Part shown: positions 1 to 7,408 of the stretch, piece after piece
Layout: every line of letters begins with the position of its first letter
How positions within the stretch are numbered: position 1 is the stretch's first letter
IMG/VR virus record: IMGVR_UViG_3300045581_000404
Coordinates: 1-28,370 of that record
Reading direction: 5' to 3' (one strand)
DNA: 28,370 bases
Origin: a virus
Taxonomy: Duplodnaviria; Caudoviricetes
Made by a program: the position numbers and the translations under genes
The notes under the pieces: model-generated
What the model was told of the DNA's origin: nothing
The model's input: the letters and a program-made list of their open reading frames with translations, nothing else
Database searches by the model: none

Positions 1-143
1 TCTGTAAGGCCGCTTTTGAAGGTAGCTTGAACAGACTTAAACTGCGCCTCAAGTGCCTTGAGCGACGCAATCAGCGCATTGTTCGCAGAAATTGATTTAT
101 CTGCGTCGCTGCTAAAATTGATGGATACGTTTTGGTCTGCCAT
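1..143 (-). CDS. Probable tape measure protein, N-terminus (runs off window)
   Basis: ATG at 143 opens MADQNVSINFSSDADKSISANNALIASLKALEAQFKSVQATFKSGLT..., open to the window edge. Lies directly downstream of the frameshifted tail chaperone, the canonical tape measure position. Confidence 0.7.
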   Translation of the reverse strand, partial: MADQNVSINFSSDADKSISANNALIASLKALEAQFKSVQATFKSGLT

Positions 144-169
144 TGGTCGCTAAGTTGGCAGTGACACTA

Positions 170-370
170 TCAGTCCTTCAACAAATCCTCAAGCGTTTTG
201 TCCATATCGCCTAGCGTGCAAACCATGCCTTGCTTTGCTAGAGCCATGTGTTCGCAGGAGAATAAGACTTTCAACGAAAGAGTCCTGAACGCATCCATAG
301 CGTTTACGTTCAGGATCTCCGTTGCCGCCGCCAGTAGCCTAACAGGCCAAGGCGGCGCTATGCGTTTCCC
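170..370 (-). CDS. Tail assembly chaperone GT-like extension (-1 frameshift product)
   Basis: The -1 frame from the slippery site reads ...RIAPPWPVRLLAAATEILNVNAMDAFRTLSLKVLFSCEHMALAKQGMVCTLGDMDKTLEDLLKD* (TGA at 172-170) and fills the gap to the tape measure gene. Confidence 0.7.
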   Translation of the reverse strand, partial: GKRIAPPWPVRLLAAATEILNVNAMDAFRTLSLKVLFSCEHMALAKQGMVCTLGDMDKTLEDLLKD

Positions 371-906
371 ATGTCATCGTCCTTCATGCTATTCTTGATG
401 CTGGCGGGAAGCTCGGCATTGACTCGCGTGGAGGTGGCGTCGTTGATGTAGGCGATCACATCGAGGATGAGAGAGTCGCTTGGGCGCAGCGAATCGCAGA
501 AGGCAATCACGCTTTTCTTAAACTCATCGCGACGGTTAAAGACCAAGTCGGTCATCTCGTCGAGCGACGACTCTGAATTGCAAGCAAAGAGAAACTCGCC
601 AGCGGCAAGAAGTGGGTTGGTCATCTCGCCGACGCGCTTACCTATCATGATCTCGTTGCCGACTTCATGCAGGAGCATGACCATCGCGAGTGACAGCGGG
701 CGCAATTCAACGCCGCAGACGACTGGCCCTTTACCCATCAATTCGCGGGTGATGGAGTGGTCTAGCTTGGCTTGTTCTTCTACTGGCTCGTCCTCACCTA
801 GGAACTTGTCAAGCAAGTCGTCGGATGGATCTTTTTTAGGCGGCGCTGAACGCTGGCTTTTTGCTGGGCGTCCGACTGCGATGTCTTGGGTGGTGTTTGT
901 TTTCAT
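358..906 (-). CDS. Tail assembly chaperone (gpG-like)
   Basis: 182-aa ORF between the tail-tube-like genes and tape measure. Ends ATG GGA AAC GCA TAG, which contains the slippery heptamer G-GGA-AAC. Confidence 0.7.
   Translation of the reverse strand: MKTNTTQDIAVGRPAKSQRSAPPKKDPSDDLLDKFLGEDEPVEEQAKLDHSITRELMGKGPVVCGVELRPLSLAMVMLLHEVGNEIMIGKRVGEMTNPLLAAGEFLFACNSESSLDEMTDLVFNRRDEFKKSVIAFCDSLRPSDSLILDVIAYINDATSTRVNAELPASIKNSMKDDDMGNA
364..370 (-). other. Programmed -1 ribosomal frameshift slippery site GGGAAAC
   Basis: X-XXY-YYZ heptamer in the correct phase, one sense codon before the stop, with a 66-codon open -1 frame. Analogous to lambda G/GT (GGGAAAG). Confidence 0.75.
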
Positions 907-929
907 AGTTTCTGGCAGTGGTTGATGGT

Positions 930-1352
930 TTACTCTGGTTTCAAGCCTCTATCAATCAGTTTATGGTACTTCTCGCTGTTCTTCTTTATCATAAATATCT
1001 TTCCATTTTTTAGCTTGAATCTAACAGTAGGCTCCATGCCGTCGAGAAGCTCCTGCATTTGGATGTAGTTGCGTATCGCGGCAAGCGCATACCCAAAGGG
1101 ATGCTCTGGGTTTTTCTTAAACCATTCTTCAGGCTCATTAAACGCCTTACAGATATTTGAAAATTCAGCGACGCTTATCGCTGCATTTGGATCCATCCCC
1201 CATACGACTCTTTTCTCCCCGTTTCTCTCGGTGTAGTTGCAAGGATCGGCATAGTTAAAAAACGGAACGCCTATGGCGACTAAGGCAGCCGCAAAGGCGG
1301 TATCACCTACAACGGTTAGTTTAGTTCCTTTTTGGACTTTAGAATTGCTCAT
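930..1352 (-). CDS. Hypothetical protein in tail module
   Basis: 140-aa ORF with ATG start, same strand as neighbours; no recognisable motif. Confidence 0.6.
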   Translation of the reverse strand: MSNSKVQKGTKLTVVGDTAFAAALVAIGVPFFNYADPCNYTERNGEKRVVWGMDPNAAISVAEFSNICKAFNEPEEWFKKNPEHPFGYALAAIRNYIQMQELLDGMEPTVRFKLKNGKIFMIKKNSEKYHKLIDRGLKPE

Positions 1353-1388
1353 CTGGTTATCTGGTTGTCTGGTTTTGAGTAAGCGTCA

Positions 1389-1450
1389 GCTTCGCCGCCG
1401 CAAATAAACTGCCCCCCAGACTAAGGCATGGGTAATCACAGCGGCGAAGC
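1389..1450 (-). other. Intergenic stem-loop (possible structured RNA element)
   Basis: Perfect 10-bp inverted repeat GCTTCGCCGC (1389-1398) / GCGGCGAAGC (1441-1450). On the minus-strand RNA it extends to about 15 bp using G-U pairs and encloses a second stem UGCCUU...GGGGCA. Confidence 0.5.
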
Positions 1451-1485
1451 AAAAACTAAACGTCTGGGTTAGCATTAGCTGCGGA

Positions 1486-1893
1486 TCAGGAAGTCTTGTA
1501 GCCGACTGCTTTCACAGTCGTTTTCGTCGCTTCAGAATTTGATTGCTCGGTAGTGACTTCCTCAATGTAGATAGAACCAACGCCAGAGATAAAGTCAGTC
1601 GCAATAGTTTTAATAGTATCGCCGGGGCCGAACGCAGTGATAGTACCGCCTTCGCCGATACTTTCAGAACTTTTAGGAATGCCGTAGTGCGTGTACTCAA
1701 TATCAAGGGTCTTCTTTGAAAAGACGACTGCCCTGACAGTTCCGCAAGATCCACGGATCTCTTGTTTATCGGCTTTAGCGGTTAGCTTCAAATTTTGGAT
1801 GTATTCGCCAAGCGGGGTTTCGAGCGTTGCATCAACGCCGAATTTTACCCCAGAGGGGGCGTTGAGACTAGCAATAGTTGTGCATCCTGCCAT
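1486..1893 (-). CDS. Putative tail tube protein, paralog 2
   Basis: 135 aa, beta-rich, Thr/Gly-rich. Shares CTT(I/V)A, DKxEIxGSCGTV and (E/D)EVTxExxN with 1927..2319. Lies between tail completion and chaperone genes. Confidence 0.55.
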   Translation of the reverse strand: MAGCTTIASLNAPSGVKFGVDATLETPLGEYIQNLKLTAKADKQEIRGSCGTVRAVVFSKKTLDIEYTHYGIPKSSESIGEGGTITAFGPGDTIKTIATDFISGVGSIYIEEVTTEQSNSEATKTTVKAVGYKTS

Positions 1894-1926
1894 AGTATTT
1901 AGTAGTTAGAGTTTTAGTTAGATTGA

Positions 1927-2319
1927 TTAGGCGTCTAAGTCTTCGTAGCAAGTCATCTTGATAGTTGACTTGTTGAAGTCTTCGTTAGTTTCTTCATAAG
2001 TCACTTCATCGACGATCATACTGGAGATGTTGATTGGTTGTTGACCAAGATCCGATGCCGTGAGTGATATTTTAGTTCCAACGTCAGTGGTAGCTTTACC
2101 ATAGCCGCTTATTTCGACCTCGGAGTTTCGGTTGTAATAGTGCATTCCTATTACGGTTCCGCAAGAACCGACAATTTCCTTTTTATCGACTTTGTTGGTG
2201 ACCTTTACGTTCGTGACGACGATTCCTTCAACGATTGATGTATTTTGATCGCCGTATCCGAAGGCGATGTTAGCATCTTCGGTAGATGGCTGGACTCCTG
2301 CTACTGTAGTACAAGGCAT
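1927..2319 (-). CDS. Putative tail tube protein, paralog 1
   Basis: 130 aa, beta-rich. Major-tail-protein position, with its own promoter-like sequence upstream; paralog of 1486..1893. Confidence 0.55.
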   Translation of the reverse strand: MPCTTVAGVQPSTEDANIAFGYGDQNTSIVEGIVVTNVKVTNKVDKKEIVGSCGTVIGMHYYNRNSEVEISGYGKATTDVGTKISLTASDLGQQPINISSMIVDEVTYEETNEDFNKSTIKMTCYEDLDA

Positions 2320-2353
2320 ATTTGGTGGTGGTTAGAGTTGCTTTACGGTTTTG

Positions 2354-2383
2354 AGACTACAAACAATTTTGCTACCTCGTCAA
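2354..2383 (-). promoter_or_regulatory. Sigma70-like promoter for tail tube genes
   Basis: TTGACG (2383-2378)-N18-TAGTCT (2359-2354) in the intergenic gap. Confidence 0.45.
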
Positions 2384-2411
2384 GTGCCGAATGATTCTAG
2401 TAAAAACTTTT

Positions 2412-2966
2412 TTACGCAAACGGACAGGCTCGTTGGCCACGGCGCTGAAGGTGGGTATCAATCCGAATGTCGATCACCGATGACATGGTAAGCTCTTGGA
2501 TCTCGATGTCTTTCATCATCATCTTGATTGGACGCAGTAGCGTCCCATCCAGCCGCGAGTCAATACGGTCGTCCTCAGCGGTCTCAATCGCATCCATTAC
2601 CAGCGCCGACCATTCCATGTGACCCTTGCGCTCGGTAGGCACGTCAGGGTTGCGGCGGAGGAATCCGTGCTTGCTGTCGGTACTCAGTTCGAGCTTCAAC
2701 TGGAATGAACTGACAAAGGGTGTATTGGCTTCCTTGTCCGAAGAGTTGTAGACAGGGAAGTTGCCACCAGCGAAGTAGTCCATGTCCTGCTCAATCGAAT
2801 AAGGTTGAAGCAAAGGTAGTTTATCAGTTTGCAAGTTTTGCAAACCGCCCTCGCGGCTCCACTTCAATCCTTGAAGGATGCCGCCAGTCTGGCAGTGAAA
2901 CTCAATCCGTTTGAAGATAGTCCAAACGGCGGCGGTGAATTGATAGCAGTCTGACAAGTTGCTCAT
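2412..2966 (-). CDS. Putative tail terminator/completion protein
   Basis: 184 aa. Assigned by synteny only (after the gp10-like gene, before the tube genes). Confidence 0.4.
   Translation of the reverse strand: MSNLSDCYQFTAAVWTIFKRIEFHCQTGGILQGLKWSREGGLQNLQTDKLPLLQPYSIEQDMDYFAGGNFPVYNSSDKEANTPFVSSFQLKLELSTDSKHGFLRRNPDVPTERKGHMEWSALVMDAIETAEDDRIDSRLDGTLLRPIKMMMKDIEIQELTMSSVIDIRIDTHLQRRGQRACPFA
2829..2843. repeat. TTGCAA-N3-TTGCAA motif copy (perfect, intragenic)
   Basis: TTGCAA gtt TTGCAA; encodes LQNLQ. Confidence 0.9.
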
Positions 2967-3019
2967 GACGACGCACTCTGCAACAAATCATCGCGCATTG
3001 CAAGCCTACCGAATGGCTT

Positions 3020-3601
3020 TCAAACAGCGCCGCGAAGCGACTTAACAAGGTGCTGAACCATAAGCATTTTGCAAGTCGTCCTAGCAAACGACCGCGCATT
3101 CTTGACGATATTCAAGGCGCGGATGCCTCGAACGCGTTTCGCAAAAACGAAGTCCTTGCCTACGACAAAAGGTAGTTTCTTTTTCTTGGTCTTTTTACCA
3201 GCCGCAGCCGAGCCATAGTTTGACCACTGATTCTGCGCTGCCGCAGCCTGATTCGCTGAGATGACCCCGCGAGGGCCAGCAAGGAAGGCTCGTTTCGTTA
3301 GGGGTACGAATAGCCTCTTTGCGCGTTTCGGGCCGTGCGCTCTTGTACCATCCTCAAGGAACCGCATGACCTTGGAAGTATTAGTCAGAACGACGCCATC
3401 GCCGCCAGTGCTTTGTATGACCCATGACCTGCGGGTCTGGCCAGTCCAACGTTTCGGCGTCTGACGAATCATTCTACCGCGAACTATCTCAGCGGCCTTT
3501 TGATGAACCGCCAAGCGGTTGCGGGTAGACATCGCCGAACTGACTCGTTTAACCAAAGTCATTGTCGGCGTGAAATTGACGAACTTGATGTCGATGTTCA
3601 T
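3020..3601 (-). CDS. HK97 gp10-like tail completion/neck protein
   Basis: Basic 193-aa protein with TPKRWTGQTRRSW and FLEDGT, resembling the gp10-like 'TP..TG.LR.S' and 'Y/F.E.GT' motifs. Confidence 0.65.
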   Translation of the reverse strand: MNIDIKFVNFTPTMTLVKRVSSAMSTRNRLAVHQKAAEIVRGRMIRQTPKRWTGQTRRSWVIQSTGGDGVVLTNTSKVMRFLEDGTRAHGPKRAKRLFVPLTKRAFLAGPRGVISANQAAAAQNQWSNYGSAAAGKKTKKKKLPFVVGKDFVFAKRVRGIRALNIVKNARSFARTTCKMLMVQHLVKSLRGAV

Positions 3602-3616
3602 TGGCGCGGGATTCGG

Positions 3617-4207
3617 TTAGAATCCTACCGCACGTCCGCGCTGAATCCAAGGCTTTACTAGCTCATTCACTTCACTAGGAACCTTGGTCTCAAGTAGGCT
3701 TTCGCGGCTACCGTCAAATGCAACGCGCTCCCTGCGCCACTCGCTACTAAGTGCGCAAGCGGTCAGAATAGTTGCGCGGCGGATACTAGCAGGGATAAGC
3801 GCGGGAGGCGCTGTAAGCAAGGTAGTTGCAAAGCCAAAATCACCTTTGATTGCAAGCTCGCCAGTGAACGGAATAGAACCGAAGTTGGAAGAGTATTCAA
3901 AGAAGGTGTCGCCTTCGGCATAGCTCAAACTCGCTAGGTCAATTTCTATGGTGTCGAGTTTTACTTCAGTCAGCGAATTGATTTCAAATGGCAGGATCAC
4001 CACGTTGCCAATCACGCGACGCCTTGGAACGATGTACGGATCAGTCAAATGATCGTGCGACCAGAAATCCCTACCGCAAATCTCATCAATGCGACGAGAG
4101 GCAAGATTTATGGACTCGATGAAGATGTCACTAACTTCTGGCTCGGAGTTGCCAGCGGCTTGAACCACGTCCTCAAGCGAGCAGTACGGTTTGTAAAGCG
4201 TTGCCAT
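3617..4207 (-). CDS. Head-tail connector (adaptor) protein
   Basis: YCSLEDV...ASRRIDEICGRDF, P..IRRAT and V.ELVKPW are typical of gp6/gp15-like connectors; located after the capsid gene. Confidence 0.75.
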   Translation of the reverse strand: MATLYKPYCSLEDVVQAAGNSEPEVSDIFIESINLASRRIDEICGRDFWSHDHLTDPYIVPRRRVIGNVVILPFEINSLTEVKLDTIEIDLASLSYAEGDTFFEYSSNFGSIPFTGELAIKGDFGFATTLLTAPPALIPASIRRATILTACALSSEWRRERVAFDGSRESLLETKVPSEVNELVKPWIQRGRAVGF

Positions 4208-4391
4208 TTATGCAAAGTTTGCAATTTTTCCAAGTTTGGTTTGTGGGCGAGCAAGCAGTGAGTCGCTCATCGACTCGATCCTCAGCCTTGTCGCATTTCT
4301 TGAAACGAGCGACAGCGGCCTTTACCGATTTCTCATCGGTCAGGGTTCGCTGCGCTTCGCGTTGAAAGGTGGCTAGGTTGATGTCGAGCAT
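4173..4391 (-). CDS. Small hypothetical protein
   Basis: 72-aa ORF starting 6 nt after the upstream stop and filling the gap; overlaps the connector start by 35 nt. Confidence 0.4.
   Translation of the reverse strand: MLDINLATFQREAQRTLTDEKSVKAAVARFKKCDKAEDRVDERLTACSPTNQTWKNCKLCINGNALQTVLLA
4201..4233. repeat. Degenerate 4-unit array of the TTGCAA-N3 motif
   Basis: TTGCCA ttt ATGCAA agt TTGCAA ttt TTCCAA, 9-bp period, spanning the connector start codon. Confidence 0.75.
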
Positions 4392-4397
4392 AGAGAG

Positions 4398-4961
4398 TTA
4401 GCGGCGACGGCGTTTGGTTTGAGTGGTTTCCTCTTCCTCAGGCGCATCATTGGTCACTTCGGCGTCGTCGGCAGACGCGACTGGCGCAGGAGCCTTAACC
4501 GCTTTGGCGGCTACATTGGCATCCTTGGCTCCCTTGACGACTGCCGTATCAGCAGTGCCAAGCGCCAGTCGCGTTTCTTTACCCAACTTATCCCAACCAA
4601 GCTGTACAGCCTCCGCATAGATTGCGTCAGCGATGATGTCAGAGTTGTCATGTTCAGTCACGACAACATCGCCGCCAATGAAGTTGATGGCTTCGGCGAT
4701 GTTTTTAAGAGTGGACTTGCCGCGAGCGGTCAGTTCGTTCTGAAGATTCTTGCGCGACCAATCAACGAGGCGAAGGTCGAAGTAAGGCGTGCCAAGCGGT
4801 GAGATGTCTTCGCGGATCTTGCGGCGCGAAAGAAGAGTGAAGCGAGAATCGTCGGAGAGACCAGCGTACTCAGCTTCGGTAAGTTGCAGATGCGCACCAT
4901 CATCAATAGTGCCAAAGCGTCCAAGCGAAATCGTGGGGCCAGAATAAGATACGGTTTTCAT
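4398..4961 (-). CDS. Hypothetical head-associated protein
   Basis: ATG at 4961 (MKTVSYSGP...) preferred over the upstream TTG. Ala/Pro/acidic tail ending TKRRRR; first gene after the capsid gene. Confidence 0.6.
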   Translation of the reverse strand: MKTVSYSGPTISLGRFGTIDDGAHLQLTEAEYAGLSDDSRFTLLSRRKIREDISPLGTPYFDLRLVDWSRKNLQNELTARGKSTLKNIAEAINFIGGDVVVTEHDNSDIIADAIYAEAVQLGWDKLGKETRLALGTADTAVVKGAKDANVAAKAVKAPAPVASADDAEVTNDAPEEEETTQTKRRRR

Positions 4962-4988
4962 AAGATAGAGTGTTAGAGAACGACGCAA

Positions 4989-5017
4989 ACCATACGGACG
5001 ATTTTGAAAGTAGGCAA
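4989..5017 (-). promoter_or_regulatory. Sigma70-like promoter after the capsid terminator
   Basis: TTGCCT (5017-5012)-N17-TATGGT (4994-4989). Confidence 0.45.
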
Positions 5018-5027
5018 GCCTTTAATG

Positions 5028-5063
5028 AAAAAGCCCCCGCTCCAATTACGAAGCGAGGGCTTT
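5028..5063 (-). terminator. Rho-independent terminator after major capsid gene
   Basis: Minus strand AAAGCCCUCGCUUC-GUAAUU-GGAGCGGGGGCUUUUU: GC-rich stem with U tract, about 30 nt after the capsid stop. Confidence 0.85.
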
Positions 5064-5095
5064 AACGAGTTAGTCAGCACTAAGCTGCCAGTTGA

Positions 5096-6757
5096 TTAGG
5101 CAGTGAAGTTGTAGCCAACGATTGCGGAAGGCACAGTGGCAAGCGATTCCTTGGCCTTGAAGTCGCGGCGGAAGGAAGCGATGACATAGTTGACTTGTTG
5201 CAAGCGGTTGACGTCCACTTCGACGGTGAAGCCACGGCGAACACCGACAACCCACGACGGACGATGGATGAGGAACACCGAACCCTTGGTGGTGGTGGTT
5301 CCGTCATACACGCCAGTGGCGTTGAGGTCTTCACGGACGGCGTCACTGACGATGATCGGGATACCGTAGATCGAAGCAGCCACACCCGAAAGGATGCGGG
5401 CGGCATCGGGGTTGCCGACCTTGTCGAAGGTGAGGGTCTCATCCAGCGAAACAAGATCGTTGTAGCCGCGAGGGCCAACCACGAGCGCAAGGTCGCGAGG
5501 ACGAACGCCGTAGACGCCCATCTTCTTACGCATTGCAGCGATGTTTGCGGCGGAGATTCCACCAGTTGCGAGGTCAATCTTCGTACTAGCATTGGCGAGC
5601 GCAAGAGCGCGGACACCGTTGAAGGACTTGGCAGCGTGGCCAGCGACCGCTTCGATGTCGGAGTCTTGGTGCGCACCAGTGGCATCACCGCTGAGGACTG
5701 CTTGTTCAAAGGTGAACGCAGCGCCAGAGGCCATGTCTTCTTGGAGCATCGGAAGGATGGCGATGATCGAATCTTCGTCGGCTTCGTAAGAGTATTGGGC
5801 AACGCCAATCATCTTGGTCGAGTCAAGCGTGATCGAGCCAGTTCCGGGATTCGAGCTAGTCGGATCGGAGCCGGGTGCTTCGCTACCTTTGTAGAATTGA
5901 GTGCGAGTGGTCTTCAGCGGGAGCTTGAAGGGATCGCTCGGCATATCAATTTCGGAAGCGATAAGCGCAGCAGCAAGTTGCGAGTCGAGATACATGCGCA
6001 TTTGCAGATCGCTCGACAGGTCGGAAGGAATCAGTTCAGCACCGTTGCCAGCGCCGCCAGTGGTGAGGGCCTTGCCGCCGTAGGCAATCGAATCGCGAAG
6101 CGACTTGATCGAACGAGCGCCAACTTCCTTAGCACGGATGAGGTCAGACTCACGGATACCATCGTTGATGCCAGCGGGGCGCTTGATGCCATTACGCTCA
6201 AGAGCTTCATCGCTAACTTTGCCAAGGCAGATGTTGAGGAGTTGCTTTTGCGCAACGCTCATGTTGCCCGAACGATGCTCAACAGGGAAGCTACCGCCGA
6301 AGGTGGCAAACTGATGCTTGCTCTCTTGGCGAAGTCCTTTGGAGAAGGTTTCAAGCGAAGCCTCAAGATCAGCCTTAGTCACGCCAGCGGCGGGAATGCT
6401 CTTCTTGATTTCGGCAACGAGTGCGTCCTTGTCGAGTTTCGATGCGTCGAGGTGCTTGGCAACCGCTGCTTCGATGTCAGCAAGTTTCACGCCTTCGCCG
6501 CTCTTCTTGACTTCATCAAGGATAGCTGCGGTGTCCACGCCTTTGCCTTCGAGTGCCTTGCTAACAGCCTTGGTGACGGCTGCTTCAAGTTCACCTTCAG
6601 TCACGGTGGTGGCTTCGTCATTTCCGTCTGCTTGGGCGGCTTCGGCTTCGATGGCTTTGAGGCCAGCGAACTCGACGCGCTCTGCATCGGTGAGGGTGTC
6701 AGCGGCTTTGGCAAGCAAAGCGGCCAGACGACTTTTTTGTTCTTCGGTCAATTTCAT
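5096..6757 (-). CDS. Major capsid protein, HK97 fold, with fused N-terminal scaffold (delta-like) region
   Basis: 553 aa. About 230-aa helical N-terminus, then GKALTTGGAGNGAELIP (typical maturation junction), EQAVLSGD, and IYGIPIIVSD. Strong codon bias; flanked by a promoter and a terminator. Confidence 0.92.
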   Translation of the reverse strand: MKLTEEQKSRLAALLAKAADTLTDAERVEFAGLKAIEAEAAQADGNDEATTVTEGELEAAVTKAVSKALEGKGVDTAAILDEVKKSGEGVKLADIEAAVAKHLDASKLDKDALVAEIKKSIPAAGVTKADLEASLETFSKGLRQESKHQFATFGGSFPVEHRSGNMSVAQKQLLNICLGKVSDEALERNGIKRPAGINDGIRESDLIRAKEVGARSIKSLRDSIAYGGKALTTGGAGNGAELIPSDLSSDLQMRMYLDSQLAAALIASEIDMPSDPFKLPLKTTRTQFYKGSEAPGSDPTSSNPGTGSITLDSTKMIGVAQYSYEADEDSIIAILPMLQEDMASGAAFTFEQAVLSGDATGAHQDSDIEAVAGHAAKSFNGVRALALANASTKIDLATGGISAANIAAMRKKMGVYGVRPRDLALVVGPRGYNDLVSLDETLTFDKVGNPDAARILSGVAASIYGIPIIVSDAVREDLNATGVYDGTTTTKGSVFLIHRPSWVVGVRRGFTVEVDVNRLQQVNYVIASFRRDFKAKESLATVPSAIVGYNFTA

Positions 6758-6875
6758 AGATGAATTGTGTTTTTGTAGAATGGTGGTGGTGTCGGTCTCC
6801 GTTTCCGTACTTGTTTGCCGCTACTTCCATTTTGGGTTCGCCCTCACGCGCTTGGTCATCTTTGACTTGGGCGCG

Positions 6876-6904
6876 ATTTAACGATTCCTTTTTCGCGCTG
6901 TCAA
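6876..6904 (-). promoter_or_regulatory. Sigma70-like promoter for major capsid gene
   Basis: Perfect TTGACA (6904-6899)-N17-TTAAAT (6881-6876). Confidence 0.5.
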
Positions 6905-6912
6905 TGACTATT

Positions 6913-6927
6913 TTGCAATGTTTGCAA
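6913..6927. repeat. TTGCAA-N3-TTGCAA motif copy (perfect, intergenic)
   Basis: TTGCAA tgt TTGCAA, 8 bp upstream of the capsid promoter -35. Confidence 0.9.
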
Positions 6928-6928
6928 A

Positions 6929-7030
6929 TCAGAAAGGGTAGCCATCCTTCATGAGCAGGAAGATTGTCAGCCAGATTGCAATCGCCATGACGATAGCAAA
7001 GACCAACGACATAGTCTCTTCCTGCATCAT
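6929..7030 (-). CDS. 33-aa single-pass membrane peptide (not in ORF track)
   Basis: MMQEETMSLVFAIVMAIAIWLTIFLLMKDGYPF*; its ATG overlaps the upstream TGA (ATGA coupling). Confidence 0.5.
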   Translation of the reverse strand: MMQEETMSLVFAIVMAIAIWLTIFLLMKDGYPF

Positions 7031-7404
7031 GCTTCGGGTTCAGGTTCAGGAGTAGGCTCAGGCGCGGGAGGCGCAACATAGATAAACTCGTTGCCGTCAA
7101 ACTCGATGTCACTGCGGCCAGCGGTAATCGGTGCGCGAGATGCGAAGTTAGGGAGTGCTACCTGATCGAGTACGTTGTTCACCGCGAGGCCGATTTCAGT
7201 ATTGGCGGCGAAGGTGGCTTGCGTCGCAGGAACATCCGCATTCAATACCGCAAGCAAGCGGTCAGTCGGCAATGACCAAAACTGATCGTTTGCTCTGCGC
7301 AGCGTGACGGCAAGATGATGAGCAGCTTCGGCGCAACGAATGAGCGAGAAGTCCTTTTCGGCAAGGTCAATTTCGAGTTGTGTTTTTTGTTGTAGTAGTG
7401 ACAT
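7027..7404 (-). CDS. Hypothetical protein, possible fibre-associated chaperone
   Basis: 125 aa directly after the fibre gene; ends PPAPEPTPEPEPEA. Confidence 0.6.
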   Translation of the reverse strand: MSLLQQKTQLEIDLAEKDFSLIRCAEAAHHLAVTLRRANDQFWSLPTDRLLAVLNADVPATQATFAANTEIGLAVNNVLDQVALPNFASRAPITAGRSDIEFDGNEFIYVAPPAPEPTPEPEPEA

Positions 7405-7408
7405 GGCT

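Noticed and set aside
5195-6763. 522-aa plus-strand ORF (and the 242-aa alternate-frame ORF 5080..5808) overlapping the capsid gene
   Set aside because: Shadow ORFs produced by the strong codon bias of the capsid gene; no motifs and no expression signals.
6699-7112. 137-aa minus-strand ORF with HHHH
   Set aside because: Overlaps two better genes and the capsid promoter/leader; the His run comes from the CAC-rich leader.
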